Part shown: one piece after another, positions 17,990 to 26,249 of the stretch
Layout of the letters: each line of letters starts with the position of its first letter
Numbering within the stretch: the first letter of the stretch is position 1
Virus record (IMG/VR): IMGVR_UViG_3300030372_003529
Coordinates: 1 to 32,450 of that record
Source of the DNA: a virus
Lineage: Duplodnaviria; Caudoviricetes
Length of the DNA stretch: 32,450 nucleotides
Strand: one strand, 5' to 3'
The notes under the pieces: model-generated
What the model was told of the DNA's origin: nothing
The model's database searches: none
What the model saw: only the letters and a program-made list of their open reading frames with translations
Program-made: the position numbers and the translations under genes

Positions 17990-19125
17990 TGGCTTATCAG
18001 AATGTAGGAACACCAAGATTTTATGTAGATATACTGCAATGGCTAAAGTCACAGGGGCAGTTATCACAAGATTCTTACACAAGTCAATTTTTGACAGATG
18101 GAGATTTTATGGATTTAGTTGGCATAAATCCTACTAATCAATTAACCTTTCCTGATGGTGATGGCAATAATGATTTATTAAGATTTAAATCTGCATTAGA
18201 CTTTGACAAGATAATGCCTAATGAAAAAAACTTTTCTATGGTATTAGGACATAATTTTGGTTCAGCCAATTCATCTTACAAGACTTCTATCATAGATTCT
18301 AACGATGTTTATTATACAGTATCTTCAAGTGAACTAATAAATAATACTTCAGGCACTACTTCAGGCACAATAGCACTTGATGGATTTTCCATACTTACAG
18401 GTAACGATGCACAGGAAGCAGAAAACTGCAATAGGATGCAATTTAGGTTTGATTATCAAGGGACAGGAGGAACATATAATAACAATCCTCTTAAAATAGG
18501 CTCTTTATTGTATGGAACATATTATGATATGCCACATTCACCTGATTTGTCCCTAAAATTATCTTATGACTATGATGGCATAAAAACACAGCAAACTAAA
18601 GGTGGTGCTACCTTGTCTAATGCTTTATATAGTAAGCCTGCTGATTGGGGTATATTAAATACAGGTGTGTACGCAGATAATCCAAGAACATTGGGGTGTT
18701 GGCAATTAGAGCATCCTAATGATACTCATGTAACAGCTCCTAATTATCGTACAGGTCGCAGGGTATGGGATTTATCTTTTTCTTATTTGTCTGATAGAGA
18801 GGTGTTTCCTGCTAATGCAAGTAACAATCAGTATTACTCAGATATTTATGATAATAGTCAAATGCAAAATGTATTTGGGTATCATGAAGATGATATAACA
18901 GCACAGGGACAATTTAATTCAAATATCTTAACAGGTACAGATTTCTTTTCACAGGTATGGAATAAAACTATGGGTGGACATTTACCATTTATATTCCAGC
19001 CCAATAAAGATGTCAAATTAGCTGACCAATTTGCAATTTGTAGATTCGATATGGATTCGCTACAATATGACTTAGTAGCACACAACACTTACAATGTTAA
19101 AATAAAAATAAGGGAGAGTTGGTGA
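17989..19125 (+). CDS. Tail protein (distal-tail-like)
   Basis: TAATG-coupled; GRRVWDLSFSYL, HLPFIFQP and C-terminal YNVKIKIRESW segments; last large gene of the tail operon. Confidence 0.6.
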   Translation: MAYQNVGTPRFYVDILQWLKSQGQLSQDSYTSQFLTDGDFMDLVGINPTNQLTFPDGDGNNDLLRFKSALDFDKIMPNEKNFSMVLGHNFGSANSSYKTSIIDSNDVYYTVSSSELINNTSGTTSGTIALDGFSILTGNDAQEAENCNRMQFRFDYQGTGGTYNNNPLKIGSLLYGTYYDMPHSPDLSLKLSYDYDGIKTQQTKGGATLSNALYSKPADWGILNTGVYADNPRTLGCWQLEHPNDTHVTAPNYRTGRRVWDLSFSYLSDREVFPANASNNQYYSDIYDNSQMQNVFGYHEDDITAQGQFNSNILTGTDFFSQVWNKTMGGHLPFIFQPNKDVKLADQFAICRFDMDSLQYDLVAHNTYNVKIKIRESW

Positions 19126-19138
19126 TGGGGACGTATTA

Positions 19139-19321
19139 TTGGGGTTCGTTTTCGTATTCGTTATGTGGGCAGGACACTATCTTGATGACAATGGAATGGG
19201 AAACTACACCTGTCCATTATATTGTGAAGTAGAACACAACCACTTTAACGACCACGAGGGTCTTGAACGGGAAATCCAAGTTGAGCAAAGTAAATTATTA
19301 GTTGGTCAAGGAAATCACTAA
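19139..19321 (+). CDS. Small membrane-anchored protein with CPxYCxxxHxH motif; start uncertain
   Basis: Hydrophobic N-terminus and Cys/His cluster; the coupled ATG at 19125 is one base out of frame. Confidence 0.45.
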   Translation: MGFVFVFVMWAGHYLDDNGMGNYTCPLYCEVEHNHFNDHEGLEREIQVEQSKLLVGQGNH

Positions 19322-19586
19322 ATTCATGTTGCTCTAAATATTTTGTTGATTCTATTTGGAACTTTCTTTTGACTTCTTGATGTAATTCATCTTCAGTATA
19401 ACCAAGTTCATTCGCCACCTGCTTTATAACTACCCTATAATATGAGTTCTGCTTAGGAGAACGCTGTTTAACAGCCTTTTTAATCTCCAATGATACTTCA
19501 CCCTCAAAATTATATAAACTGCGTTTAAACCCCTGCCTATCATGTAGTTTTAGAACACCATCTTTAATTGTTCCAGTAAATTTCAT
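19245..19586 (-). CDS. NinB/DUF1367-like protein
   Basis: RSPKQNSYY...LGYTEDELH...STKYL...EFSDFLDQL pattern. Confidence 0.65.
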   Translation of the reverse strand: MKFTGTIKDGVLKLHDRQGFKRSLYNFEGEVSLEIKKAVKQRSPKQNSYYRVVIKQVANELGYTEDELHQEVKRKFQIESTKYLEQHEFSDFLDQLIIYFAQLGFPVQDPRGR

Positions 19587-19590
19587 ACAA

Positions 19591-19863
19591 TCAATCCTTT
19601 TTCTTAAATAGTTTATTCATTTGGTAGCAAACTCTCCAAAGATTAATTCTGTATTTTTTATAAAATTCAGTATCTCCACATTGATGCCATTCATTGTGAT
19701 GCTGACGACAAAGGGGAACACAAGAAAAATCTTCATAAGAATCTTTTTTCCTATTGCTCCCCATACCTATCGTATCCAGATGATGTGCATCAACTGGTGA
19801 ACTCCCACATACGCTACAACCAAAAGTTTTGACCAGATTTATAAACTCTTTATTTTTGCTCAC
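19591..19863 (-). CDS. HNH-like (DUF968-type) Zn-binding nuclease
   Basis: CSVCG..DAHH...VPLCRQHHNEWH. Confidence 0.75.
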   Translation of the reverse strand: MSKNKEFINLVKTFGCSVCGSSPVDAHHLDTIGMGSNRKKDSYEDFSCVPLCRQHHNEWHQCGDTEFYKKYRINLWRVCYQMNKLFKKKD

Positions 19864-20230
19864 GATAAAGCATATCTTTCATGTCTTTATTTTCTGCTTC
19901 CAATGATTCATTGTGCTGATATAATTCGTTCATTCTATTGATCATTTCTGCTAAGGTCTGGACACTCATAGTTGCGAATGTACCTGTCCTATTGCCTTTA
20001 AAGATTTGAAAATCAACTTCTTCATTTGGGATATAAAAAGGCGAAATTTGTGCTTTACATTTAGCCTGCCATTTATACTCCTCATTAAGCGTTCCGTCAA
20101 CTCCTTCAGTAAGACCCATAGAACGACCATCACTCCCCCAAGCACGCCTACAATGTAAGCCGACATTTTCAAAAAAATTAACAATCCATCTTTCAAAATT
20201 ATTCCCCTTTACTTTACTTTTACTTGGCAT
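19850..20230 (-). CDS. Holliday junction resolvase-like PD-(D/E)xK nuclease
   Basis: SKSKVKGNNFER...RAWGSDG...VD...QAK. Confidence 0.7.
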   Translation of the reverse strand: MPSKSKVKGNNFERWIVNFFENVGLHCRRAWGSDGRSMGLTEGVDGTLNEEYKWQAKCKAQISPFYIPNEEVDFQIFKGNRTGTFATMSVQTLAEMINRMNELYQHNESLEAENKDMKDMLYREQK

Positions 20231-20600
20231 CTTTTATTTCCTTATTTTTTAATCTTCTTCTTTTACAATCCTCTAAATTTGCTTTAGTACATAACTCACA
20301 TCTACACCCATATTTGTATGTTGATATTTTACCACAAGTCCTGCCCAATCTTTTGCCATGAACCTTGTAATGACAACCTTTGCACAGCACGATACATTTT
20401 TCTATCTCTGCGTTTCTTCTTTCTTCTCTCCATGACCAAATAGCATGATGCTCTTTTTGTGTAGGATCAACATGATGTAACTCTAAAGACTCCTTAGTAT
20501 TGCAATGCTTGCAACTTTTATCTTCAAAGTATGCCTTTCTTCTTTTAGCATGCCAAAGTCTTTGATATTCTCTTTGCTTGTCTTTATCTTTGTATGGCAT
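20220..20600 (-). CDS. HNH endonuclease
   Basis: CKHC...LELHHVDPTQK...EIEKCIVLCKGCHYKVH, plus C-terminal GCRCELC; start moved to MPYKD at 20600. Confidence 0.8.
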   Translation of the reverse strand: MPYKDKDKQREYQRLWHAKRRKAYFEDKSCKHCNTKESLELHHVDPTQKEHHAIWSWREERRNAEIEKCIVLCKGCHYKVHGKRLGRTCGKISTYKYGCRCELCTKANLEDCKRRRLKNKEIKDAK

Positions 20601-20811
20601 CTTCCCACTCCTTATACCTCTTACTTTGCTTCCATTTATTCCCAAATTCTTCTTTCATGGCACACGTCTTGCATACAATTCTGTTTTCAGGATTTTCAAG
20701 CAACTTTATAATCGCAGGGTGTGGCATTAACATATAAAATATCGCTTTGTTTTTATAAATCCCACAGAGTTCACACTTCCTACTTTGCTTTTCCGTTGGT
20801 GTAATTCTCAA
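20584..20811 (-). CDS. Small Zn-finger protein
   Basis: CELC...CKTC pairs; overlaps neighbours in the operon. Confidence 0.6.
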   Translation of the reverse strand: MRITPTEKQSRKCELCGIYKNKAIFYMLMPHPAIIKLLENPENRIVCKTCAMKEEFGNKWKQSKRYKEWEDAIQR

Positions 20812-21034
20812 GTGGTCTTACTCCCCTTCTTTTTAGGCTTTGGTTTGCTAACTCCATTAATCGCTTTTCAGTAATTTTAATCAAGTTTTCAGTAACCTTA
20901 ACACCAAACTCTGTAGTTTTGCCAAATAAGAATTTCCCATTATCGTCATATACAGATAACTCTTTAAACTTTTTTAATTGACTTCTATATACATACATTA
21001 TAACATCTCTTGTTCTTTGGCTTGACGACCTCAT
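20780..21034 (-). CDS. Hypothetical protein
   Basis: ORF track; ATGA-coupled to the upstream micro-ORF. Confidence 0.65.
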   Translation of the reverse strand: MRSSSQRTRDVIMYVYRSQLKKFKELSVYDDNGKFLFGKTTEFGVKVTENLIKITEKRLMELANQSLKRRGVRPLENYTNGKAK

Positions 21035-21150
21035 TTGTTTCCTTTACATTTATCTGTTGTTAGGTGCTTTTCATGGAAATTACAATCATCGCAGATTGGC
21101 TTAGTTACATTAGGCTTACTGCAAGATTTACATTTAATTAATTTTATCAT
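21031..21150 (-). CDS. 39-aa Zn-ribbon micro-protein
   Basis: AAGGAG RBS; MIKLIKCKSCSKPNVTKPICDDCNFHEKHLTTDKCKGNK. Confidence 0.65.
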   Translation of the reverse strand: MIKLIKCKSCSKPNVTKPICDDCNFHEKHLTTDKCKGNK

Positions 21151-21164
21151 TTTTCTCCTTTTAA

Positions 21165-21335
21165 TACCCAATAGCCACAAGACTTTTTGTAGTTTTTTAC
21201 AAGCAACTTACAGCCTTGTAATTGTCTGTGTGTGCGATAACCCTCTTGAGCGACATTGCTCGTTATCTATGTGGTCAGTAACTCACTTTACTTTTGGTAT
21301 TCTAAGTTACTTATGCTTGTGGCTCTCTATGGGTA
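21165..21335 (-). ncRNA. Candidate multi-stem structured RNA (or ssDNA structure)
   Basis: A closing stem encloses three hairpins; the region fills an otherwise gene-free gap on the coding strand; a G-U pair favours the minus strand. Confidence 0.55.
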
Positions 21336-21352
21336 ATTATAGGGCGTTGCCC

Positions 21353-21580
21353 TTAATTCTTTATGTTTTTTATCTCTTCAAGCGTTTTCTTCGCAATGGA
21401 ATGTGTATCTGCATAATCAGATATATTGGTTAAACCTTGAATCGCTAAGTCTAACTTTTTCTCCAGAGCATCAATCCTTTGTGATAAACGTCTATTTTCA
21501 TTAGATAGTTCTTCTAACATACTGTTTTTTCTCCATAAATCTAATATAGCTTCCTTTAATTGAGATTCAAGCGTTGGCAT
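21353..21580 (-). CDS. Coiled-coil hypothetical protein
   Basis: ORF track; heptad pattern. Confidence 0.65.
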   Translation of the reverse strand: MPTLESQLKEAILDLWRKNSMLEELSNENRRLSQRIDALEKKLDLAIQGLTNISDYADTHSIAKKTLEEIKNIKN

Positions 21581-22043
21581 CTTTTTTTAGCACTCCATCC
21601 ATAATACTTTTTATGTCTTGTGGAGATGCGTAGTCTTCCCTCATACGCTTCTCTGCTTCACGCTTTCTTCTTTGAAAACGCTCCTCATCATCAGCAATCC
21701 TTTTATCTGTCGTAGCAGTAGTAACATTGGTTGGATTTTGCATCGCTCTTGAAAGCCAATTATTAACAAACTTTTTAAAATCTTTTTTAGCATTATTAGG
21801 ACTCGATATGAGCCAAGCCTTTGCTTTTGCAAGCTCAGATTTTACGTTAATGTTAGGATATGCCTCTTTCCATACATTCATTATAGTAGAGTCAATCGCT
21901 TCAAAAAACCTTTCAACCCTTTGAGTATATGGTAGTGGCATTTTACCAGATATTTTAACTTGTTCTGGATATAAATACTCAAATACTTTTTTGGCATCTG
22001 CCCAACGCTCTTTGCCATTTACTCTAACATATAATTCTACCAT
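21567..22043 (-). CDS. Putative replication protein (initiator C-terminal-like domain)
   Basis: WKEAYPNINVKSELAKAKAWL...KKFVNNWLSRA resembles the C-terminal domain of phage replication initiators; AAGGAG RBS before ATG 22043. Confidence 0.55.
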   Translation of the reverse strand: MVELYVRVNGKERWADAKKVFEYLYPEQVKISGKMPLPYTQRVERFFEAIDSTIMNVWKEAYPNINVKSELAKAKAWLISSPNNAKKDFKKFVNNWLSRAMQNPTNVTTATTDKRIADDEERFQRRKREAEKRMREDYASPQDIKSIMDGVLKKDANA

Positions 22044-22063
22044 ATACTCTCCTTTAACAAAGT

Positions 22064-22270
22064 TTACCACAACCTTGCACTTTTCTTTTTACCTAACTTT
22101 TTATTGTAATCATTTTTACACTTCCTGCACCAAGTGTTGTTGCTCTTATTATAATCTTCCAGAGGTTTATCTTCCTTACACTTATTGCAGATTAAACCTT
22201 TTTCTGTAACCCTGTTTTTATACTTCTGTACCATTGTGATAGGGCGACCACTTTTACCTTTATCTAACAT
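22064..22270 (-). CDS. Small Zn-binding protein
   Basis: CNKCKEDKPLEDY...WCRKC; likely start MLDK at 22270. Confidence 0.6.
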   Translation of the reverse strand: MLDKGKSGRPITMVQKYKNRVTEKGLICNKCKEDKPLEDYNKSNNTWCRKCKNDYNKKLGKKKSARLW

Positions 22271-22281
22271 AATTCCCTTAT

Positions 22282-22305
22282 AAAAAAGGGGCAAATTAAT
22301 GCCCC
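22282..22305 (-). terminator. Intrinsic terminator after ssb
   Basis: Minus strand GGGGCA-TTAATT-TGCCCC-TTTTTT. Confidence 0.75.
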
Positions 22306-22323
22306 AATTTATAATTACCAGAT

Positions 22324-22608
22324 TTAGAATGGTAAGTCGTCATCTACTAATGACTCTTCTACAGGTGCACTTACCTGTCCGTTATTAAAAACAAACTCTT
22401 TACCATTCCCTACAAAGTTTTTAGGTGTTTTTGCTTCACGCTCCTCTTTGCTTTGAGATTCAAAAACATAATGAGTGTCACCATATTGGCTTTCACCATC
22501 CATGTTTTCTGCTACAGTTAGATTTGCATAAGTTCCTTTTTCACCTTTATAGAACTTTGATTTGTCGAGTTTAGTTACATCAACTTTTATATTGATTATT
22601 TTACCCAT
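22324..22608 (-). CDS. ssb: Single-stranded DNA-binding protein (small type)
   Basis: Acidic C-terminal DDDLPF tail; GEKGTYANL and FVGNGK segments; adjacent to a putative annealase. Confidence 0.7.
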   Translation of the reverse strand: MGKIINIKVDVTKLDKSKFYKGEKGTYANLTVAENMDGESQYGDTHYVFESQSKEEREAKTPKNFVGNGKEFVFNNGQVSAPVEESLVDDDLPF

Positions 22609-23161
22609 TCTGATTTTCCTTTACTTGTCTGTTTAGTTTATTTATATATTTACTTGCTTGTTCTGAAGTCAATCCCTCAAAACTTATAGGTCTTTTGACA
22701 TTAGCCTGTAATTCAAGTTGCATTATAAGACTACGTTGTTTTTCAGAAGATGGTTTATCTTCCTTCTCAACTGGCTTTTCAAACGCATCTGCTTCAATCT
22801 CAGAGTATATCTGATATTCATACGCATTTATAAGTTTTAGGGTTAGCCTATCCTTTAATCGTTTTTCAGCCATAGCATTCATATAAGGCATCTTACAGTT
22901 AGTAGGGTTGGCTTCACCATTAGACCATTCAGTCCTATCTCCAAGCGTAGCAGAGCCATACAACGTAACATTGGGTGGTGTAGTACAGCTTAGTTCTGGA
23001 TTAGGCATATCAAATATAATCCCTTCCTTGTAAGCAATACGCTCACAGGCATCATGGGTTAATATCCACATAGACCTGTTCCCACGTTTCATTTCCCAGA
23101 AATCATCTTTAGTAAGATTGTATTTCTCTTTTATCTCTTTTAGTCTGTCCACATTAGACAT
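22601..23161 (-). CDS. Putative single-strand annealing recombinase (Sak/Rad52-like)
   Basis: WILTH...GEA...YMNAMAEKRLKDR...IYSEIEADAF and C-terminal SEKQ motif; upstream of ssb; start MSNV at 23161. Confidence 0.55.
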   Translation of the reverse strand: MSNVDRLKEIKEKYNLTKDDFWEMKRGNRSMWILTHDACERIAYKEGIIFDMPNPELSCTTPPNVTLYGSATLGDRTEWSNGEANPTNCKMPYMNAMAEKRLKDRLTLKLINAYEYQIYSEIEADAFEKPVEKEDKPSSEKQRSLIMQLELQANVKRPISFEGLTSEQASKYINKLNRQVKENQNG

Positions 23162-23342
23162 TGTAAATCTCCTCTGCTTTACATCCAAGTTCTTTACATA
23201 GTTTGGCTATATAAATACCACTTGGTTGTCTGTGATTGTTAATCCAGTAAGAAAAAGCAGTATCTGACACCCCTACAAGTTTTGCAAGAAAACTATGTTT
23301 TACGCCTTTCTTACTGACTATTTCTTTTAAGTTATTTTCCAT
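23154..23342 (-). CDS. XRE/Cro-family HTH regulator
   Basis: NNLKEI...LAKLVGVS...YWINNHRQPS...KLCKELG. Confidence 0.85.
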   Translation of the reverse strand: MENNLKEIVSKKGVKHSFLAKLVGVSDTAFSYWINNHRQPSGIYIAKLCKELGCKAEEIYNV

Positions 23343-23460
23343 AATTACTCCATGTTTTTAGAATGTAGTCTATCGTTTCTGCCCCTATGTAGATTAAGCA
23401 TAAAAATGTAAACCATGATATAAACAGAATTGCTACATAAACTAATATATTGTTAATCAT
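23332..23460 (-). CDS. Small membrane protein (42 aa)
   Basis: MINNILVYVAILFISWFTFLCLIYIGAETIDYILKTWSNYGK; AAGGA RBS. Confidence 0.55.
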   Translation of the reverse strand: MINNILVYVAILFISWFTFLCLIYIGAETIDYILKTWSNYGK

Positions 23461-23478
23461 CTTCATTCCTTGTTGTTA

Positions 23479-23507
23479 AATTTATAAACACTATTTAAAA
23501 TTATCAA
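23479..23507 (-). promoter_or_regulatory. sigma70-like promoter with operator
   Basis: TTGATA-17 nt-TAAATT on minus; 14-bp operator 23485-23498 abuts the -10 box. Confidence 0.6.
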
Positions 23508-23515
23508 GCAAAATT

Positions 23516-23540
23516 ATAAGAAGGGGGAAATTTTCCCCCT
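23516..23540 (-). terminator. Intrinsic terminator-like hairpin
   Basis: Minus strand AGGGGGAA-AAT-TTCCCCCT followed by TCTTAT. Confidence 0.65.
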
Positions 23541-23556
23541 AATTATAAAAACCTCA

Positions 23557-24357
23557 TTATTTTGTCTTAACATTAAGAACCAACTGTTCTTCAGGCAATG
23601 CCCTATGATTATAAATATCATGTAGCATTTGAATATGACCTATTTGCCTATCTCCAGAGTCATAAATTCTGCCCTTATATCTTTTTGCTTGTTTTATCAT
23701 ATGTGCAGTATTATATCCTTTTCTTGCAACGCATTTCGACAAGGCTCTTAAAAAGTTTGTCTTATAGGAAAAATCCATATATTCATTAAGGTCTGTTGCG
23801 TGTCTGATTGTTTTATTGCCCAAATCCAGAGTTGTAATTCTCCATTCACCAGACTCAAACATACTTTTTCTTACAGAACACGCTAAATCGCAACTATATA
23901 TTTCATATAATGCAGGTATTGCAAACTCGGTTTCTTCCCATACATCATTTAATTTAATATAGTCTGGTGATTTATGATAAACAACTCCATTGTTTAGATA
24001 GTCTTCTGGTTTCCATTTCTTTGGAGTAATATTAAGCCAAATCATCAACTCATTCTCTGTCATGCCTGTTGACTTAATATCCACAATGTTAGCAGTAATA
24101 GAAAAATGGTTCTCACGAGCCACTTTTATTCTATGGTTACCATCAATCGCCAAATATTTAGTCCCACTTTTTACCAACGTGGGTGATGTTAATACACCAT
24201 TTCTTGTCATAGAATCTCTTAAATCCTTTAATCCAGATGGAACAAATCTTCTGTTCCAATCTGGAGTAATTATATTTGAATAGTCATGGATGACCATAAT
24301 GCTTTTAACATGATTGTTATCACAGGGTGTTTTTAACTTTATTATCTCGTTTTTCAT
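23557..24357 (-). CDS. ParB/Srx N-terminal domain protein
   Basis: NR...LRDSM..NGVLTSP...AIDGNHR...NITPKKW; likely start MKNEII at 24357 (AGGAG RBS). Confidence 0.75.
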   Translation of the reverse strand: MKNEIIKLKTPCDNNHVKSIMVIHDYSNIITPDWNRRFVPSGLKDLRDSMTRNGVLTSPTLVKSGTKYLAIDGNHRIKVARENHFSITANIVDIKSTGMTENELMIWLNITPKKWKPEDYLNNGVVYHKSPDYIKLNDVWEETEFAIPALYEIYSCDLACSVRKSMFESGEWRITTLDLGNKTIRHATDLNEYMDFSYKTNFLRALSKCVARKGYNTAHMIKQAKRYKGRIYDSGDRQIGHIQMLHDIYNHRALPEEQLVLNVKTK

Positions 24358-24530
24358 TCGTACTCCTTTTTTGTGTAATATTTGTTCAGACAATCCAAAC
24401 AAACTTCTATTGTACCTCGTTTCATTCGAGGATATTTAACTTCATAGTGACTCTCATTATCGCAATCATTACATTGTCCATATTGCCAAGTCCAGAGAAT
24501 CCTAATTTTAATTTTTAGTGGCTCATACAT

Positions 24531-24746
24531 TTATATTAAGTCATTACTTCTTCTGTATGGGTCAGAGTGTTCCATATCTAAATATATCTCATTTAATATA
24601 AATCGACGTTCTCTCTCTGTTCCAGACTCTAAATCTTTATACAGACCTTCAGCATCTTCATCGTAGTAAGTGCAGTATCTGTAGTCACTATAATATATAG
24701 TAATCTCTTTTTTAGTATCATCGTATTCCCAATATGGATAATTCAT
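24531..24746 (-). CDS. Hypothetical acidic protein
   Basis: ORF track; AGGAG RBS. Confidence 0.65.
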   Translation of the reverse strand: MNYPYWEYDDTKKEITIYYSDYRYCTYYDEDAEGLYKDLESGTERERRFILNEIYLDMEHSDPYRRSNDLI

Positions 24747-24747
24747 T

Positions 24748-24960
24748 TTAATCTCCTATTTGCTTTTTATATTCATTTTTAATATCGCTTTGCAATTCAT
24801 CAACCCATTTTATTTTGTCATGTTTTTGCAATCCATGTTCTAATTTTATGTGATATTCAGAGGTTTCTTTATCTGAGGTGTATATTATAAGACTCCCATC
24901 TTTCCACCTTTCAAAGCCACCTTTAAAATCCTTACTATATACTAAAAAGTCCATCATCAT
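24748..24960 (-). CDS. Hypothetical protein
   Basis: ORF track; coupled to the upstream micro-ORF. Confidence 0.6.
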   Translation of the reverse strand: MMMDFLVYSKDFKGGFERWKDGSLIIYTSDKETSEYHIKLEHGLQKHDKIKWVDELQSDIKNEYKKQIGD

Positions 24961-25112
24961 TTTACTTTACCTTTCATAAGTGTGTAATTAGGGTTTAATC
25001 TTAAATATAACCTGTCAATTATAATTCCTACCAACATAAATAAAAACGTGGCTAAAAATGGATTTAAAACGATAAAAACATTGAGCCAATTTATAAAGTC
25101 ATATATAATCAT
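24957..25112 (-). CDS. Small membrane protein (51 aa)
   Basis: MIIYDFINWLNVFIVLNPFLATFLFMLVGIIIDRLY...; ATGA overlaps at both ends. Confidence 0.6.
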   Translation of the reverse strand: MIIYDFINWLNVFIVLNPFLATFLFMLVGIIIDRLYLRLNPNYTLMKGKVK

Positions 25113-25279
25113 TTGTCTTCCTTTGGAAATAAGCCATTAATCATATCGTCAATTTGTTTTATCGGGTCATCATTATCCCAGACATCCATAATAGATTCAC
25201 CAGTAGAATCATCTATGTAAAATGTCTTATTGTTAATCTCTATATAAACACAATCTTTACTTCTAATATCTATTTTCAT
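25109..25279 (-). CDS. Hypothetical protein (56 aa)
   Basis: MKIDIRSKDCVYIEINNKTFYIDDSTGESIMDVW...; fills the operon gap. Confidence 0.65.
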   Translation of the reverse strand: MKIDIRSKDCVYIEINNKTFYIDDSTGESIMDVWDNDDPIKQIDDMINGLFPKEDK

Positions 25280-25280
25280 G

Positions 25281-25505
25281 CTATTCTTCTCCTAATGTAA
25301 AGCCTAAATGCTTTATTGCTTGTTCAACTTCTTTTGGTAGTTCGTACACACCATCATAATCCACAAGTTCCCAGTCATAAAACCATATCCCACCACCTTC
25401 ACCATAATCATCATGCTCAAAGTAACCTCTATGCTCTTTATCGCCATCTTCACATATATAGGTAACCCACTTACCTATTCTATGGATGTTGTCATACTCC
25501 TTCAC
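25281..25505 (-). CDS. Hypothetical acidic protein
   Basis: GYFEHDDYGEGGGIWF...LVDYDGVYELPKEV; GGAG RBS. Confidence 0.7.
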   Translation of the reverse strand: MKEYDNIHRIGKWVTYICEDGDKEHRGYFEHDDYGEGGGIWFYDWELVDYDGVYELPKEVEQAIKHLGFTLGEE

Positions 25506-25696
25506 TTATCCTCTCCTGTTAGTGTCTGTTGAAACATTTCTAAACATTCAATCCAACCCTGTAAGTTTTTATCAGATTCTCCACCATTAGCATATGATTC
25601 TCTTTCACATTCTAATATATCGTATACTTGCATCAATAATTTGTTTCTGATGTCAGATACACCATCTGCATAGCCTTGTTTATAGTCAGCATTCAT
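25502..25696 (-). CDS. Hypothetical protein
   Basis: AGGAGGAG RBS; ORF track. Confidence 0.65.
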   Translation of the reverse strand: MNADYKQGYADGVSDIRNKLLMQVYDILECERESYANGGESDKNLQGWIECLEMFQQTLTGEDK

Positions 25697-25697
25697 T

Positions 25698-25853
25698 TTA
25701 TAGCTCCTCCTTTAAGGTTTTAACGTCATCTTGTAAAGTTTTAGTCGCAAATATAATACTATCATTTATATCTGATTGTTTTTTCTGTTGACTTTGCAAC
25801 TCTTTAACATTTGATTCTATATCGGTTAATAGTTTTAGTATTACGTTATCCAT
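25698..25853 (-). CDS. Small coiled-coil protein (51 aa)
   Basis: MDNVILKLLTDIESNVKELQSQQKK...; TAATG-coupled, GGAG RBS. Confidence 0.6.
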   Translation of the reverse strand: MDNVILKLLTDIESNVKELQSQQKKQSDINDSIIFATKTLQDDVKTLKEEL

Positions 25854-26122
25854 TATTTACTCCATTTATGAGATTTGCGATTTGCTTTTAATTCCAGAAC
25901 AGAATTACAATTTATAGTACGGAATCCATTTTTCATCTCGAATACAACCATGTTACCTACAGACTCTGGATTATACTTTAATCCCTTACCCTTAACACCT
26001 TTAGATACACCTTTACGAAATACCATCTTGCGTACTGAACCATCTTTTTTTACAAACCTAACAGAACAGATACGACCTCTGGATTGGTTTATAACGTCTA
26101 TTACTTTTTCTACTTTATTCAT
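25853..26122 (-). CDS. SH3/Sm-like beta-barrel protein (WYL_2/DUF2693-like)
   Basis: SVRFVKKDGSVRKM...VVFEM..GFRTI; first gene behind the leftward promoter; AAGGAG RBS. Confidence 0.65.
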   Translation of the reverse strand: MNKVEKVIDVINQSRGRICSVRFVKKDGSVRKMVFRKGVSKGVKGKGLKYNPESVGNMVVFEMKNGFRTINCNSVLELKANRKSHKWSK

Positions 26123-26153
26123 TACACTAACTCCTTGTTTTAATTGATGTGAT

Positions 26154-26183
26154 AACTTATTAACTATTGTTTACCTAAGTCAA
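26154..26183 (-). promoter_or_regulatory. Leftward early promoter with operator
   Basis: TTGACT-18 nt-TAAGTT on minus; operator 26160-26173 abuts the -10 box. Confidence 0.65.
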
Positions 26184-26249
26184 GTATTATTTTCACTTTT
26201 GTTAAAGTTTTTTTAATCTATAGAGGAGAGAAATATATTTCTTTGTGGT

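Noticed and set aside
14202-19125. Diversity-generating retroelement targeting tail genes
   Set aside because: No reverse transcriptase gene and no template/variable repeat pair seen.
21165-21335. Hammerhead ribozyme or tRNA identity for the multi-stem element
   Set aside because: The minus strand has CUGACCA rather than CUGANGA and no suitably placed GAAA; no T-loop or tRNA-sized cloverleaf.
21035-21433. 132-aa + strand ORF
   Set aside because: Antisense to a tightly coupled minus-strand operon; TTG start and shadow-like composition.
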